A stretch of 64,000 bases of DNA from Syncephalis fuscata S228. Its lineage: Eukaryota > Fungi > Zoopagomycota. Positions 1 to 14,346 of this stretch are shown here, piece after piece. Under the pieces are notes generated by a model that saw nothing but the letters and a program-made list of their open reading frames with translations, did no database searches and was not told the origin of the DNA. The stretch spans positions 1-64,000 of the forward strand of contig JAHLTZ010000019.1 in NCBI GenBank assembly GCA_025786725.1, written 5' to 3'. Position 1 is the stretch's first letter, and each line of letters starts with the position of its first letter. Position numbers and translations under genes: made by a program.

Positions 1-917
1 TCTACTTCCGTTTGACTATCCCGAAACGCCACGCCTACACCATGGACATTGACAACGACATTACCAAGGCTACCAAGGATATCGGCAACGTCTTGAACAA
101 AAATGCCGATGACCACGATCGTGATATTGCCGCTGCCGCCCAGGTTGCCCAACAACACGTTAAGGAAACTCCTAAGGCATCATGGAGCGATTTCTGCCGC
201 CACTTTTCGCAATGGTCGAACCTGAAGGTTTTACTCGGTACTTCAATGTCCTGGTTTGCTCTTGATGTTGCCTTCTACGGTACCGGTCTTAACAATGCGA
301 TCATTCTCAATGCAATGGGCTTTGTTGACCATAGCTCGCCATACCGTGACTTGTTTACCTCTTCGGTTGGTAACATCATTATTGCTATGCTTGGTACTGT
401 ACCTGGCTACTGGGTCACTGTATTCCTGGTCGACCGCATTGGACGCAAGCGCATTCAGCTCGGTGGTTTTGCCATTCTTACGGTTCTTTTCTTGATCATG
501 GGCATTGGCTTCAATGCTATTCGCGACACCAGCATTGTACTATTTATTGTTATCTTCACGCTTACGCAGTTCTTCCAAAACTTTGGTCCAAACACCACTA
601 CTTTTATCGTACCGGGCGAGGTGTTCCCTACACGTTACCGTTCAACGGCCCACGGTATCTCGGCTGCTTCTGGTAAATTGGGTGCCATTGTTGCCCAGGT
701 TGGCTTCTCTCAGATGAAGGACATTGGCGGCAAGGGCGAATTTGTCCCCAAGCTTATCATTATTTTCGCCGTCTTCATGTTCATCGGCCTCTTGTTTACC
801 TTCTTCATTCCCGAAACAGCCGGCAAGTCGCTTGAGGAGCTATCCGGTGAAGATGAGGATTTGTACACCCCACAGCCAAAGCCTTCGTCCCCTGAAGAAG
901 GCATGGTGGAAAAATAG
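1..917 (+). CDS. PHO84: High-affinity inorganic phosphate:H+ symporter (MFS), 3' part; runs off the left edge
   Basis: Motifs 'WFALDVAFYG', 'QFFQNFGPNTTTFIVPGEVFPTRYRSTAHGISAASGKLGAI' and 'IPET.GKSLEEL' are typical of Pho84/PHT1. Confidence 0.95.
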   Translation, partial: YFRLTIPKRHAYTMDIDNDITKATKDIGNVLNKNADDHDRDIAAAAQVAQQHVKETPKASWSDFCRHFSQWSNLKVLLGTSMSWFALDVAFYGTGLNNAIILNAMGFVDHSSPYRDLFTSSVGNIIIAMLGTVPGYWVTVFLVDRIGRKRIQLGGFAILTVLFLIMGIGFNAIRDTSIVLFIVIFTLTQFFQNFGPNTTTFIVPGEVFPTRYRSTAHGISAASGKLGAIVAQVGFSQMKDIGGKGEFVPKLIIIFAVFMFIGLLFTFFIPETAGKSLEELSGEDEDLYTPQPKPSSPEEGMVEK

Positions 918-1293
918 CTTTAAGCAAAGTATGAATTACTTTTTATGATTAGCCCTTTCTATTATGTTTATCCCTATTAATGTAACGCACTAAATCAACG
1001 ACTTCCACATGAAGTTAAAAGGCGCTTATTGCGCACTGTCTGCTCATTGTTTGCACATTGTCTATTGGTAGTTAATTGCGCAACAGAAATGACATGTTTT
1101 TGTATAGTCCTGCGTATACATAACTTGAACTAATTGTAGATAGTTGCCAGTGGAGTGTCTGCGTTACTGTATCTTTATTGATTACAAGTAAGTTTGCATT
1201 CTGTAATAACCAATTAGTTAGCATATCCATTTATAATAAATATACTATTACTATATCAGCATATAATAATTCGGTGTCAAATGGCTTTTATTC

Positions 1294-1882
1294 TTAATGC
1301 ATTTATTCATTTACTATTAATCTGTTCTATAATGTACCGACATGTTGGGTAGATTGACTTTTATTATTTACACTCTATTCATTACTAAATTAAACTCAAC
1401 TGTTTATAAATATTGACTGACAGGCTCACATCTCACAATCTACGTCATCACATTTCCCTTTCTCTTTCTTTACACTTGACAGCATATATCCATAGCATAT
1501 ATTTGTACACTCCATATATACCAATTAGATCGTGTCAGTAGTTGACTGACTACTAGTTATGTACAAACACCTTTTACACTATGTCCTTGCATTACTATTT
1601 TATAAACTGACCTTTTTTACAAATCACCTTCAGCACTCCGATCATTAGTATTGGTATTTTTACTAGCATATTAAGTGCATTTTTAGCTTTTTTCTATGTT
1701 GTTTTGATTATATGTTGTCGATATTTTGTTGTATGCTTCATTTTTACTATAGATCACCATTGCAGGTCATCTGCTAACAACTTTGCAATCTCCATAGTGG
1801 CAGTGCAATTTGCTATTATTGAAACTGTACAAGCTGTTGTTAATACGATCTGCAGTGGCAATCTATAACAAAACAAAGCATA
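1294..1882. repeat. ~590 bp AT-rich dispersed direct repeat, copy 1 (copy 2 at 6157-6732)
   Basis: Near-identical sequence from 'ttaatgcatttattcatttactattaatctgttcta' to 'ggcaatctataacaaaacaaagcata' at both sites. Confidence 0.92.
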
Positions 1883-4602
1883 CAATGACTTTGACAGCAT
1901 ATAGTCATTACAATGATCATTTACAGATACTGTACGCATACAACAGTAGTAGTACAATATACTACTATTGCTATTGTATGTGCACAGCCACCAACACGAT
2001 GATTACGATGGCTATATGTGCTGTTAACTCTCCACCGATGGAACAGTATATAATATTGAGGTATATGATGGGAACGCTATATGCAACTGGATAATAAATC
2101 TATAATACTAATTATTTTATTCATTAATATTACTCATTATCCAGTTCCATGTTCAATAGAACGAATGGCAGTTTAATCTTGCAAATGTTATAATTTTAGC
2201 CATTTAATCCCAAATCATACTAAATGATACATTTGTTTAACTTAATGAGTTGTAACAAGTATCATGAACTTTTAAGGGTATACCAAGATGGTAAACGACG
2301 CATATATAGTTAATTGGCTAATAAAATAAATAGCTTTATGATAACTTTTATTTAGCATCGTGGCTTATTGGAATACAATAATAAAATACATTTTATTAAT
2401 AATTTATATATCTTGCAGTGGCAGTTTGAGACAGCTTAAACACATGGCTGCTTTCTGGTTGGTGTGCCAAACTAACGTTTTTGCCCATATTTTGGCAATG
2501 GTTGACCAATACTGTCGTCATAACCATTCTAAACATATGCTAATCCAGTTTAGCTGGTTATTCGACACTACTTACCAATCTACGTTAGAAATAAGTCACT
2601 ATTGATTGCAGTCAAGTATGTAATGATAAAAATAGAGCAAATAATATCGCACATTGTTTGTATTCCCTTGCCTGCCAGTTCTTCCATACCTCTAATCCAA
2701 ATAAATGATATTGATTTAAAGCAATATGACAAAATATACTGCACCTATCTTTGTCGGCAAAGCGCTAAATACATCTTTTGAAGCAGTATTATGTTGTTGC
2801 CAGTCATTGTAAATGACATACTAAATAGAGAAATCCATGTCATAATTCGACAGATATCAAAAAAATCAAGTACATGAATATAATCATCAGACTAGTTGTA
2901 ATGTCCAAAGTAGAAGGAACAAAACAGCGCCAAGATGCCATGTTATGAAGTCGTGATATGAATATTCTGCTGACAATAACAATATTGCGTCCAAATATAA
3001 AAGATGCGATAGCAAACGTTACATGCTGAACTTGCATGTCAACTGGCCAAAGACGCTGCTTAGCAATGTCGTCAGCGATTTATGTAAGGAAATTAAATAC
3101 GTGCATTTCTTCAAGTGGGCGGAGACAAGTTCTCAATTGTTTTATGTCGCTGTTAATCTTTTATCTCAAATTTGTTGTATATATCACAATTACAATGAAA
3201 TACATAGTAACATGTACATAATACTCGCTATACGCTCATGACAGTAGTAGGCTAAATAGGTGCACATTAATACAAGCAAATATCTTGAAGAATGATTGAA
3301 TCTATACTCGATTGTAATGATATTTTAAATGATTAAAATTAATACTGTAAGACTATTAGCACTGACTAAACTAAACTGTGGCCATGCGTTTAATCAGCCA
3401 TTGCGTGTTATATGAATATTGACTGTGGATTGGATATAAATGCAACAAGAAAAACCACGTCTAATAAGTCATAAGGCCAACTTTAAAATCACAAACAGCT
3501 AATGCGTTAACGTGAAAGTCTAAATCAATCACTGCACCATAAATAGAGTATACATTGCATTTTGGATTAAATTCTGATGGCTAATAATGATATTAAAATG
3601 TGCATTTATGCGATATTGATTTGAAGCAATGCCAATAATATATATAAGCACTGCAGGTTAACATGATTATAAAGCAAAGCAAAGATTGGTATACTATATC
3701 ATTTACAGTAGCTACATTCTTTTAAAGTTTATTAACAAAAATGGATTTGGGTGCAATGAACGCATGTAAAAATCTGCTAGGCTATAATTTAGTACCATTT
3801 GCCTTGGGTATACAGCAAAAGCATCAACTGCAGTATATAATTCATAACAATCGCGTTGAACAATTGATATTGCTAAAATGTCTATATCTAATATGCAGTA
3901 TAATAAATAGCCGGCATTGTTGACATGGTTATAAGCTTCACTCTTGCTTTGTTTCAATGCTGTAGAATAAGAGTTAGAATACACAACAGTATAACACTTG
4001 TTTATTTGCATTAATTTGAATGATCTTAATAAAGTAAATGTGTTTCAGTAATAATACGTGGGTTTTCCGTAGTTTTCCTAGCCACATCCATGCTAAATAC
4101 ATGCAGATGTTTAAGCATAGAAATCACCTATCATTAGTTAAGAACTCAAGCAAGCTGGTCCAATCATTAGCCTACTGTGAAAAATAAAACAATGCATAGC
4201 TGGCCTAAGCTGCATAATTTGGCTAGACGTATGTCCTTGGTGTGCTGTTGTTGAATCTAGAATCTTACAATAGTTTAATGGTTTCTCTATATATTACCTG
4301 TCGGAACTAATATTGTAATGTTGCTGTGGCACAATGTTGTTTTCAAGTTTAATGTTTTATCAGCTATTATCATTATTCAACTTGCAATTGCTGTCATTTC
4401 TGGATAATGCATAATACTGCAGTTGATGTCGCGTACATACATGGTTGAATGCCCGTGTACCGCATCAGCTACTATGCATGAATAGCAAAACTAGTAATGG
4501 CCTTTGCCCCGAATATCTCCTTGCAAACCATCCAACATTACGTGCCTGTACTTCTATTACCTAGTTATCTATACATACTACTGTTATTATTACAAAGTTA
4601 AA

Positions 4603-5578
4603 ATGCCGTTTATTAACAATACCGATCCAACGCAAACCGAGTGGAGACATAATGCTGCAAAGAAATGGGGCATCGATCTTCATCCGCTTGGCGAAATGAT
4701 GTGCCTGATTTCTTGATGGAAGCTACAGGTCATACCGACGAACAGCGCCTCCGTTTAACGGGCATACAGATTCAGCTTGTATTTTCTGTTATGCTATTTT
4801 TTATCTTTTTATACAATATTATTGTAACGACCAAAATGGTTCTATCACGACCATATAGCATATTTTCATGGTGCTGTTTAATGCTTGCTATTAATGGTAT
4901 GATATATAGTATAACGCCTATATTATTTTTGATAGGCTATGACTTTGGTTGTAGAGCATTGGCATGGTGGTCTGGATTCCTTATTTCGTTAGGAGTAATT
5001 CTTAATAGCATGATTCTTCTTTTAAAAGTCAATCTGGTTCTTTACCAAAAGAAATGGGTCACTTATATCGGCATTATTTTTATATTACCACAGTCAGGTT
5101 TTGCTTTTATTTTGATATACTGCTGCTTTTTTACTCTAGAAGCCAAAATTGGCTGCTCAATCTATTATCCACCTAGCTTCCTTTGGTACTGGGTTGGAGT
5201 AAATATGCCAATCAACGTGTTTTTTTCAGCTGTCTTTTGCCGTATTGCTCTAAAACAATATTATATGTTTGGATCTGATGCATGGAAGCGACTAGCACAA
5301 GATGGAATACAAACAATATGTTTGGCCTTAGCAATTAATCTTGCTTGCTGCATTGCTATAATTAGCTGCGTTGGCAGTGCTAACCGTGATATGCTTTTTC
5401 CCGCCGATTGGTAAGTACTAGTGGTTGACTGAATACACATAGCTAAACTGTTTATAGGATTACTGTTGCAACCATATTGATTAGACACTGCCAAAATATG
5501 GGGAATGGAAACCACTCTGCATATCGTCCCAAGACTTACCATATTCTTCACTTGTCGCAAATCGCCACTGCAAACTAA
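4603..5578 (+). CDS. Orphan multi-pass (about 7 TM, GPCR-like) membrane protein; frameshift near 4700, intron ~5412-5457
   Basis: MPFINNTD.. start, several hydrophobic segments, WCCL and 'QYYMFGSDAWKRLAQDG' motifs shared with the paralog at 16896; exon 2 ends RPKTYHILHLSQIATAN*. Confidence 0.75.
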
Positions 5579-6156
5579 ATAATCTGATGCTTCGATATAT
5601 TGTATCTATATATTTTATTCTGAATGCAATTTGTATATATTCAATATAACATTAAACCAAGTTATATTTTATAATATACTACATTGGCTATTCATTTATT
5701 AGGCACTTTATGTTTTAAATTGTAGTGTACTAAGAATGTACAGCAACACAAACTAACTAAAGCTTAACAAATTGCATAATAGTTTAATCATTACAAATTA
5801 ATCGTGAATATAACAGTTGTCAATACAGATAACAAAGCAGCAGACAAAATTCAAACCAAGCTATCAACTATCTGCACAATTGAGACTAGCTGTTTTGTTT
5901 AAACACATTTAACTGACAACATGTGCATTTTCACAGCCTGCTGATTCGTTTTATATACCATAAGCTTACTAATGTAATAAGCAAACCATCTTTTTTTTTA
6001 TTATGCGAGTGATTTACCACTTTATTTTCTAAAGTATAGCAAACTTATTTTCCATTTATATGATAAAGTTGGTCGTCGTGTCTTTAATGTACTGATTTAT
6101 AAACATTACATCATGGTAACAAATTTTAAATAGTAAACGATTTATAATATTATTTA

Positions 6157-6732
6157 TTAATGCATTTATTCATTTACTATTAATCTGTTCTATGATGTAC
6201 GACATGTTGGGTAGATTGACTTTTATTATTTACACTCTATTCATTACTAAATTAAACTCAACTGTTTATAAATATTGACTGACAGGCTCACATCTCACAA
6301 TCTACGTCATCACATTTCCTTTCTCTTTCTTTACACTTGACAGCATATATCCATAGCATATACTTGTACACTCCATATATACCAATTAGATCGTGTCAGT
6401 AGTTGACTGACTACTAGTTATGTACAAACACCTTTACACTATGTCCTTGCATTACTATTTTATAAACTGACCTTTTAATACTTACCTCCGATCATTAGTA
6501 TTGGTATTTTTACTAGCATATTAAGTACATTTTTGGCTTTGTTCTATGTTGTTTTGAGTATATGTTGTCGATATTTTGTTGTATACTTCATTTTTACTAT
6601 AGATCACCATTGCAGGTCATCTGCTAACAACTTCGCAATCTCAATAGTGGCAGTGCAATTTGCTATTATTGAAACTGTACAAGCTGTTGTTAATACGATC
6701 TGCAGTGGCAATCTATAACAAAACAAAGCATA
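6157..6732. repeat. ~580 bp dispersed direct repeat, copy 2
   Basis: Matches 1294-1882 with few indels. Confidence 0.92.
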
Positions 6733-7141
6733 TAGTCATTGTAGTCAACGTGTACAGCTGCTCTATGTATACGGTTGCCAACACGATAACTGTATCAACT
6801 ATATACGCTGTTATCTTTCCGCTTATTATTTTCTTGGTTCTTTCACTATATGTTTTGTAAACTTGCATTTAAATATACATTTTTCTTTAAATTCTCAAGT
6901 AAATTTATTACAGTTTATTTAATTTGATATGTTTTTGTAAATATAAACATACAAGTAAATTGAATCGAAATATAAAAGAATAAAGCATAAAACAACATAG
7001 AGTAAACGACTAAATAAAAGAAGCTAGTGGATAATAAATCCACCTAGTAATTATGTTTGCTAAATGCGAAATTATTATTCCACTATTAAATTATAGACTG
7101 AGTACAAATCATTGCTTCTCTTTACTTTTTCTTATTCTACA

Positions 7142-7920
7142 ATGTCAGCTACTTTAAAGCAACGCAAACCAGATCGTCTTACAAAAGACAAAAACGCAGC
7201 TCATTCATTCGACGATGAGACTGAGGAGTTGTCGACAAGTAGCGGCGTTAGTATAGGTGGCATAGCTCGAGCTATTCTTGCTGTACTTGCGTTCTTCTTT
7301 CTCTCTTCCTACGTCATCACGGATACTTGGCTATGGGGCTACGAGGGAAAATGGTCCAATATACGCCAGTGGTTCCCGGTAAGTAATGCTGGTGGCAATA
7401 ATAAGCAATATGTAACAAAAAACGGATGGTTTAGAGAAAACAGCTTGTATTTACAGAAGAGGAATTGCTAAAGTATACGGGCCAAGACCCATCCTTGCCT
7501 ATTTACATAGCCATCAAGTGAGTTACTGTCTAATTAATGATCCACTTTTATTTAATATACCAATTAGTGGTGAAGTCTATGACGTGACAGAAGGCAGTGG
7601 CTATTACGGACCAGGCGGTGGCTATCACTTTTTTGCAGGTCGTGATGCTGCACGCGCCTATATCACTGGCTGTTTTGAAGATCATCTTACACACGATTTA
7701 CGTGGACTATCCAGTGACCAAATCAAGGTATTTTCACCACTTATTATACATTATATTACACATTATATTGACACACGACATTTAGCAATTGGATGGCTGG
7801 GTAGACTTTTATCGCAATAGTCCTAAATACTACCTGGTAGGACGTGTTATTCATCCAGCTATCCCACGCGATGCACCCATTCCAAAAGATTGTAACGATG
7901 CAAAAGGCCAAAAGCCCTAA
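7142..7920 (+). CDS. Cytochrome b5-like heme/steroid-binding protein (MAPR/neuferricin-like), 4 exons
   Basis: N-terminal TM, 'PIYIAI.GEVYDVT.G..YYGPGGGYHFFAGRDAARAYITGCF..HLTHDLRGL'. Confidence 0.9.
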
Positions 7921-8034
7921 TTGAAACTACTGGACTGATCTGTGTCCATTAATTTATTGTTTGCAACACAACTGCCACCGGTTTTGGTGTTATCAATAAA
8001 TTGGCTTGATTGTTTACTCAGTTTTTAAAGCCGG

Positions 8035-10390
8035 TTAAGCGGTTCGTTGCCTATAAATAGTTGTGTTAGTGTATTTGAATAATTGTATCGCTGTGTATAG
8101 CAAATACTTACCGAGGAGCGCATCGGATGATGTTATCGACCGAAGAATAAGTTCAGCGGCTTCCGAAGCACTTGATACAACTTGGCGCTTCAATTTAAAT
8201 GACTCTGTGATGCCGAGTTCACGGACATCGCCTACACTACCCTGATACATATCTATTGATGTGTAAGTATTAAATAAACTAAATATTGCAGCCAGTTAGA
8301 CTACTGTAACCTACCAAGACCGGCTGTGTTGTTGCCTTCGTAATGGGCAGCACGGAGCTTAGTGACCAATTCAGCGCTGTCATAACCGGCATTGTCGGCC
8401 AAAATTGTTGGTAGCTATTTCAATAATAGATTTGTATTAAATAATGAATGGCAATTAAATACATGGATCATACCTGACGTAGTGCACGGGCAAATCCTTC
8501 AATGGCAAGTGCCTTCTTTCCAGGGGTGATTGCTGCAATATCATCAATTGCCTTTGACATAAGCATTTCTGAACAGCCTAGTAAACATAGTGCAAATAAG
8601 TCAATTTGTTAAATAAAAATCTACCATCTTACCTCCACCTAGAACAGTGCGTGGTTCCTTGACAGTTTGTGAAAGTACACAAAGAGCATCGTGTAGTGAT
8701 CGCTCTGCTTCATCAAGTAACTGATTTGTTGCACCACGTAGTACAACGGTACATGCTTCACCAGCAGCAACACCTGAGAAACGTACCAACTATATCATTT
8801 CATAATTAGCTAATATTTATTATTAATCCAACTATTATCCTACCTTATCTTCACCAATCATAACTTCTTCAATCAAATCACAATGGCCTAACTTGACCAA
8901 TTCTGGATGATCAAATGTCGATGCAATTTCACCACCTTATTAATATAAATATTAATTAATTAATTAATTAATAAATAAATACGTGTTAGTATTATTTCTT
9001 TTGGTAGCTATTACACTCTTACCTGTAACCAAGACAAACGCTCAACGCCATCAAAGTCGGCGTGTTCAATAGCTGTAATACCAGCATCAGCAAATAGCTG
9101 TTCTGGCCAGTTGTAAATCAATTGACGATTAACGAAGCAGTTAATGCCATGGGCCTTGATCTTTTCAACCTTCTCCTTCATCTTGTTCTATACAATAGAT
9201 AAATACCTATGTATCCACATGATTACATCACTTACACGTTCAGCACGTTCCAACTCGGCAGTTTACCAGTGGCATCAACACGTACACGAGCACCAAAGAT
9301 CTTGATTTTATCGGTGTCCATTGCTAATATCAATTAGTGTTAGCTATTATATCGGTCTACCACTATAACTTACCTGTGTTGGCAATAAGAATCTTTGCAT
9401 TCTCAATACGCTTAGGCTGGTTAACACCAATACGCTTATCAAGGATAAATCCATCATCAAGATATGAGTCAGCAAGACGACCACCAGCCTTTTTGATAAT
9501 TTGAATATTCTCCAAATTGGTACTGCCCTGTATGTGATGGTAAGTATCAAATATGGCTTGTATCTATAAATATACCTTCAAACGAAGTACGGCATCGACT
9601 GCCAAAGTAGAGAATTGGTCTTTATCTTGAGACAATACTTTGGAGCTAAGTGTAGTACGAGCAATGTTAATCAAGTCTTCACGGAATTTAGTTGGTCCTC
9701 GCTATTATCTACTGCCGACTGTTCCAATGCCTCCAATGCTGCTTTAGAAGCAATACGAAAACCATCAACAATTACTTGTGGATGAATCTTTTGATTAATC
9801 AACAGCTCTGCTTCACGCAACAATTCAGCGCTAGAACACACACTGAAGTGGTACCATCGCCAACCTCGTCGTCTTGCACCTTGGAACAATCTATGACACA
9901 CATTTTCGGTTAAGAAACAACATAGGCAACAAAAATAGCATAATCCATTAGAAATAGCAAAAAAAGGATACTGACAAGCACTTTGGCTGCCGCATTATCA
10001 AGAGCAATTGACTTTAGAATAGTGGCACCGTCGTTAGTGACAACGATGCCTTGGTTGGACACAGATTGAAGAATTTTATCCTAATAATAGCCAGTATGAT
10101 CAACACTAGATCTAATGACGTCGATCAATCATATTTACCATGCCCTTTGGTCCAAGTGTGCTCTTGACTAGATCACCAACAGCAATAGCACCAACAAACG
10201 AGGACTACATACAACAACGATCGGATCAGCGCTTTGAATAAACTTTTCGTTTATTGATGCTTACCAAACGCGCATTTTCAGCACGTTCTTCAGTGGTGTC
10301 GTGTTGAAAGATCTGCACCGGAGCAAGACTCTAAATGATCGAAATAACGTTACTTAAGGTAAACAAGTCGTAGATCGTCAAACTTGCCAT
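8035..10390 (-). CDS. CCT2: T-complex protein 1 subunit beta (CCT chaperonin), multi-exon
   Basis: '[32 protein letters not shown]', '[42 protein letters not shown]', '[23 protein letters not shown]'. Confidence 0.96.
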
Positions 10391-10683
10391 GATAACAACT
10401 ATATACGCAACAAGGCAATAAGGAAGATGAAAAGTACTATTCGACAAAGATCGAGGGCAAATGATTAGAAGTGATAGCCACGTCGTGCATCATTCATGAT
10501 GTAAAATGATTTTACCACTGTCTTGAACGAATCGGGGTTGAATCCAGTCATCTTTGGTTGACTAACGATAGAATCGTTGTATTTGCTTCTTTATGACAGA
10601 CGAAGGGGACAAGATCGTTAATCTTTGCATCTTCTACTTTTTCGTCATCTATTTTCTACTCTCTATCGGCTATTCAAACCACC

Positions 10684-10973
10684 ATGGCTGGCGACCAAAA
10701 CATTACTCGCGATCCAGCACTTGAACGCTGGGCTGCTATGCGCGAGAACTCGGATGCTTACTTTCGTTGGAATCGACGCAATGTCCGTCTTGGTGTGATA
10801 TTCGGTGTGGCCGTGCCTCTAGCAATCTATGGCTTGACTACCTACACAACAGTAAGTGTTTGTATTTTGCCAACTGAACTATACAAGTATCTAATATATA
10901 ACATGTCATGTAGAACAGATATGCCATGATTGGTCCACGTCGTCAAGGTCTTTTGGCTAAAAAGGACGAGTAA
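10684..10973 (+). CDS. NDUFB4: NADH:ubiquinone oxidoreductase B15 subunit (NDUFB4-like), 2 exons
   Basis: 'DPALERWAAMREN...FRWNRRNVRLGVIFGVAVPLAIY' with a single TM. Confidence 0.8.
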
Positions 10974-11105
10974 TTATTATGAATTGACGCGCGTATTATA
11001 GTCGTTATACGAAAGGCACACCATATGATAAAATTCACAGCCATTTATTATTGCATTTCGCTTTTTATCTTGTAATACGAAACATACATCAAATGATAGT
11101 TATTG

Positions 11106-11958
11106 TTACCATGTATTTTGTTGATTTCGATCGTGTCGACGATCAGTAAATCCACTACCACGTCCATCATGTCGTGTGCGTGGTGGATAAGGTGCGTTAC
11201 GACCTTGTCTTTTTGAATCAAAATGATCATGGCTACGTCGTGGTCCACCACTAAATTGATGTGTATTTCCTATGGGTCGACGATGACCAACACCACTACC
11301 ACCACTGACTGGAGGATTTGGTGCAGATAAGGGTTCAATAGATATACAGATATCAATCATATCACCGGGAAAATGACCCTGTGCCAATGTACGTAAATCA
11401 TCAGGGCCATGACGTGTGCCATGAACAGATCCAAATTGACGTGTTATATAACGTTCACGCGAACGATCCAAATAGACAATCTTAAACTCTAAACGAGCAT
11501 CTGGATTCTGAATTGCCGTATCCTCCTCTTTGAGTAAATGGAAAAGTTCTCGAAGTGTTGTATCTTTCCTATAGTGTTTATAATTATATTATAGTGACTG
11601 TAAATAAATGATAGAAGCGATAGTATAGTAGTTACCACTGTTGACTTACCATGCATAGAGGAGAATCTCGTCTTGAGTAGGCGTTTGTGTCAAAGTAAAT
11701 GAATTCTCTCTATATTGCATATCGATCAGCTAGTATACAGCACGACTACTTGTGTTAATGACTTACGAATGAAAATGATTCTTGCTTAAAAAGACTCGTA
11801 GAAGAAATGGACAGATCTATTTTATATGGTTAAAAATAAACTAATACGCTTTATCTACTTACCTTGTTGCGATCTATGCTGTTATCGCCTCGTTTAAACG
11901 GCTCAGATCGGAATCTAGTCGGATTGTCTGTAGCGAAAGCACCATTATTGCGTGACAT
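11106..11958 (-). CDS. SAP18: Sin3-associated polypeptide p18 (ASAP/PSAP complex) with Arg/Gly-rich tail
   Basis: 'IDRNKICPFLLRVF', 'KDTTLREL', 'DLRTLAQGHFPGDMIDICI' across 4 exons. Confidence 0.88.
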
Positions 11959-12065
11959 TGCGTATGGCTTGATAAGAAATAGGGATGCAAAGAGAAAAAG
12001 TAATTATAATTTGAATTCTTTTTCTTTATTATTGTTGTTGTTGCAACTATTGTTATTATATCGAT

Positions 12066-14317
12066 ATGTACGGGTATTATAGTACTCGTCGGATAAGCAG
12101 TTCTGGTAGTTATCGACCATTAAAATGCACTGCAGGAACGTTTTATCGTCAATATTTACAGACCAGAAGGATACATAGCGTGTCTAAGGTAATAGTACTC
12201 GTACTAGTGTGGATAGTAGATATATAATAAGGTTTATACACATAGTTTATTGAGGCTACACAGCTTGAGCAGCAGCTTTGTCGCGTAGAAACAGAAAGAT
12301 GTTTAGCGCGTATATCTGAAAATAACGTAAAAATCAATGCTTTTATATCCGTTCAGCCAAAAAATACGTTGCTGCAACAGGCCGATGAATCTGATCGGCG
12401 TATTACTGGTAATGTATTGTCACCGTAATAACTACATGTATATATTAATAAATATAATAAGATGGACAGGCCCGTCCATTAGAAGGAGTGTTGGTGGCAG
12501 CAAAGGATAATTTCTGTACCAAGGATTTACCAACAACATGTGCTTCTACAATGTTAAAAGGTATATTTTATAAGGATTAAATAATACTAATGATTAACAT
12601 GAATAAGATTTTACATCTCCATTTAATGCAACTGTGGTGGAGAAACTACAAGAATCAGGAGCAATTATTGTTGGGAAAACTAATATGGATGAATTTGGTA
12701 TGGGGTCAGTAAATGATGCACAGAACAGTTGTAATTATATTAGTATTAATATAAACAAATATGACTATGTAATAGATCGGCTAATTTATTTAGTATCTTT
12801 GGTCCAGTACAACATCCATTATCGATTAACGAGACATCTAGCAATACAATAGCAATAATAATGAAATAAGGGTAGCTGGAGGAAGTTCAGGAGGAAGTGC
12901 AGCAGCTGTAGCAGCCGGATTATGTCACGCGTAATAATGATAGATTGTAACCATAGTAGTAATACATAATAACAAATAATGTATTTTAGAGCGATTGGAT
13001 CTGATACAGGTGGTTCAGTACGACTTCCCGCTGCTTATTGTGGTGTTGTAGGATTTAAACCATCCTATGGCCAATGTTCTCGATATGGTCTTGTATCTTA
13101 TGCTAGTTCATTGGATACAGTGGGTATTCTGGCTCAATCAGTTAATGATGCTCGCTTATTATTAGGTATACTAGTAAAAGAAGAGATAAACTAGCTAATT
13201 AATCTATTAATCTATTGCTATTATTATTATTATTATTATTATATTATTATTATTATTATTATTATTAGATGTAATGAAGGGTCATGATCAACGAGATGCT
13301 TCTATGATGCCACAGATAACATTTGATTCAAATAAAGTAGTATTATCTTCTGGCAATCTTACTGGTTTAGTAGTCGGTATTCCTAAAGTAAGTTAACTTT
13401 TAATTACCATTACTTATTAATAGCAATAATAACTGTTATACTTGGTTATTAGGAGTATTATGTCAAGAATTATCTTCAGATATTGTTACGGCCTGGCAGT
13501 CGGCAGCTGATCATTTACAAGCACATGGGGCAGAAATTAATTTGTATCGTGTCCACATACTTGTCATGCTTTAGCTGCTTATTATGTTATTGCACCGGCT
13601 GAGGCTTCCTCGAATCTAGCTCGCTATGACGGCGTGCGTTATGGTAAATATACGATTGATTAATTACTATTAGCTATTTATTAATTTTGTATTTTTTATT
13701 TAGGCTATCGAACTACAAAATCAAATTTAGGAACTTTTGAATCCTATGCTGCTACACGTCAGATAGGATTTGGTGATGAAGTGCAAAGACGTATTTTACT
13801 AGGCAGTTTTGTTCTTAGTGAAAGGTAAATAGCATATATTACATAGTGTATATTCTATTTTTTATTTATTCATGTAATGCTAGTGCCTATGATGACCATT
13901 TTGTTCGAGCACAGCGTATTCGTCGTCTAATTCAACAAGACTTTGACCAATGCTTTCGTACTGTCCGTCCATTTGTTCCAGCTTATAACCGGGTAATGTA
14001 GATGTATTACTTACACCATGTAACATTACCACGGCACCAACATTACAAAGGGCAACTGATGATGGTGTTGCAGCCTATGTTAATGATGTAATGACGGTAC
14101 CAGCAAGTTTAGCGGGTAAGTATTCATTCATTCATTCGCTGGTTATTCGCTTATTTTATCTATTCATCTATCTATCTAAACTATAGGTATTCCTGCCATT
14201 TCTATTCCATGGACAAATTCTCCACTTGACAATTACCCAATTGGCATGCAATTAATGGCTCAGTATGGACAAGAGTCGACATTGTTACGCGTGGCCAATG
14301 TACTTGAAAAACATTAA
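12066..14317 (+). CDS. HER2: Mitochondrial glutamyl-tRNA(Gln) amidotransferase subunit A (GatA/QRSL1), multi-exon
   Basis: Amidase signature '[12 protein letters not shown]', '[12 protein letters not shown]', '[25 protein letters not shown]', '[16 protein letters not shown]'; Arg/Ser-rich presequence. Confidence 0.93.
13220..13268. repeat. (TAT)n microsatellite in a GatA intron
   Basis: Direct inspection. Confidence 0.9.
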
Positions 14318-14346
14318 ATAAATGATAATATAATTCAACATGATAT

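Noticed and set aside
1754-4011. Short ORFs in the AT-rich island, including Cys-containing frames at 2900-3240
   Set aside because: No recognisable motifs; some are just translations of the duplicated repeat; a decayed gene cannot be supported
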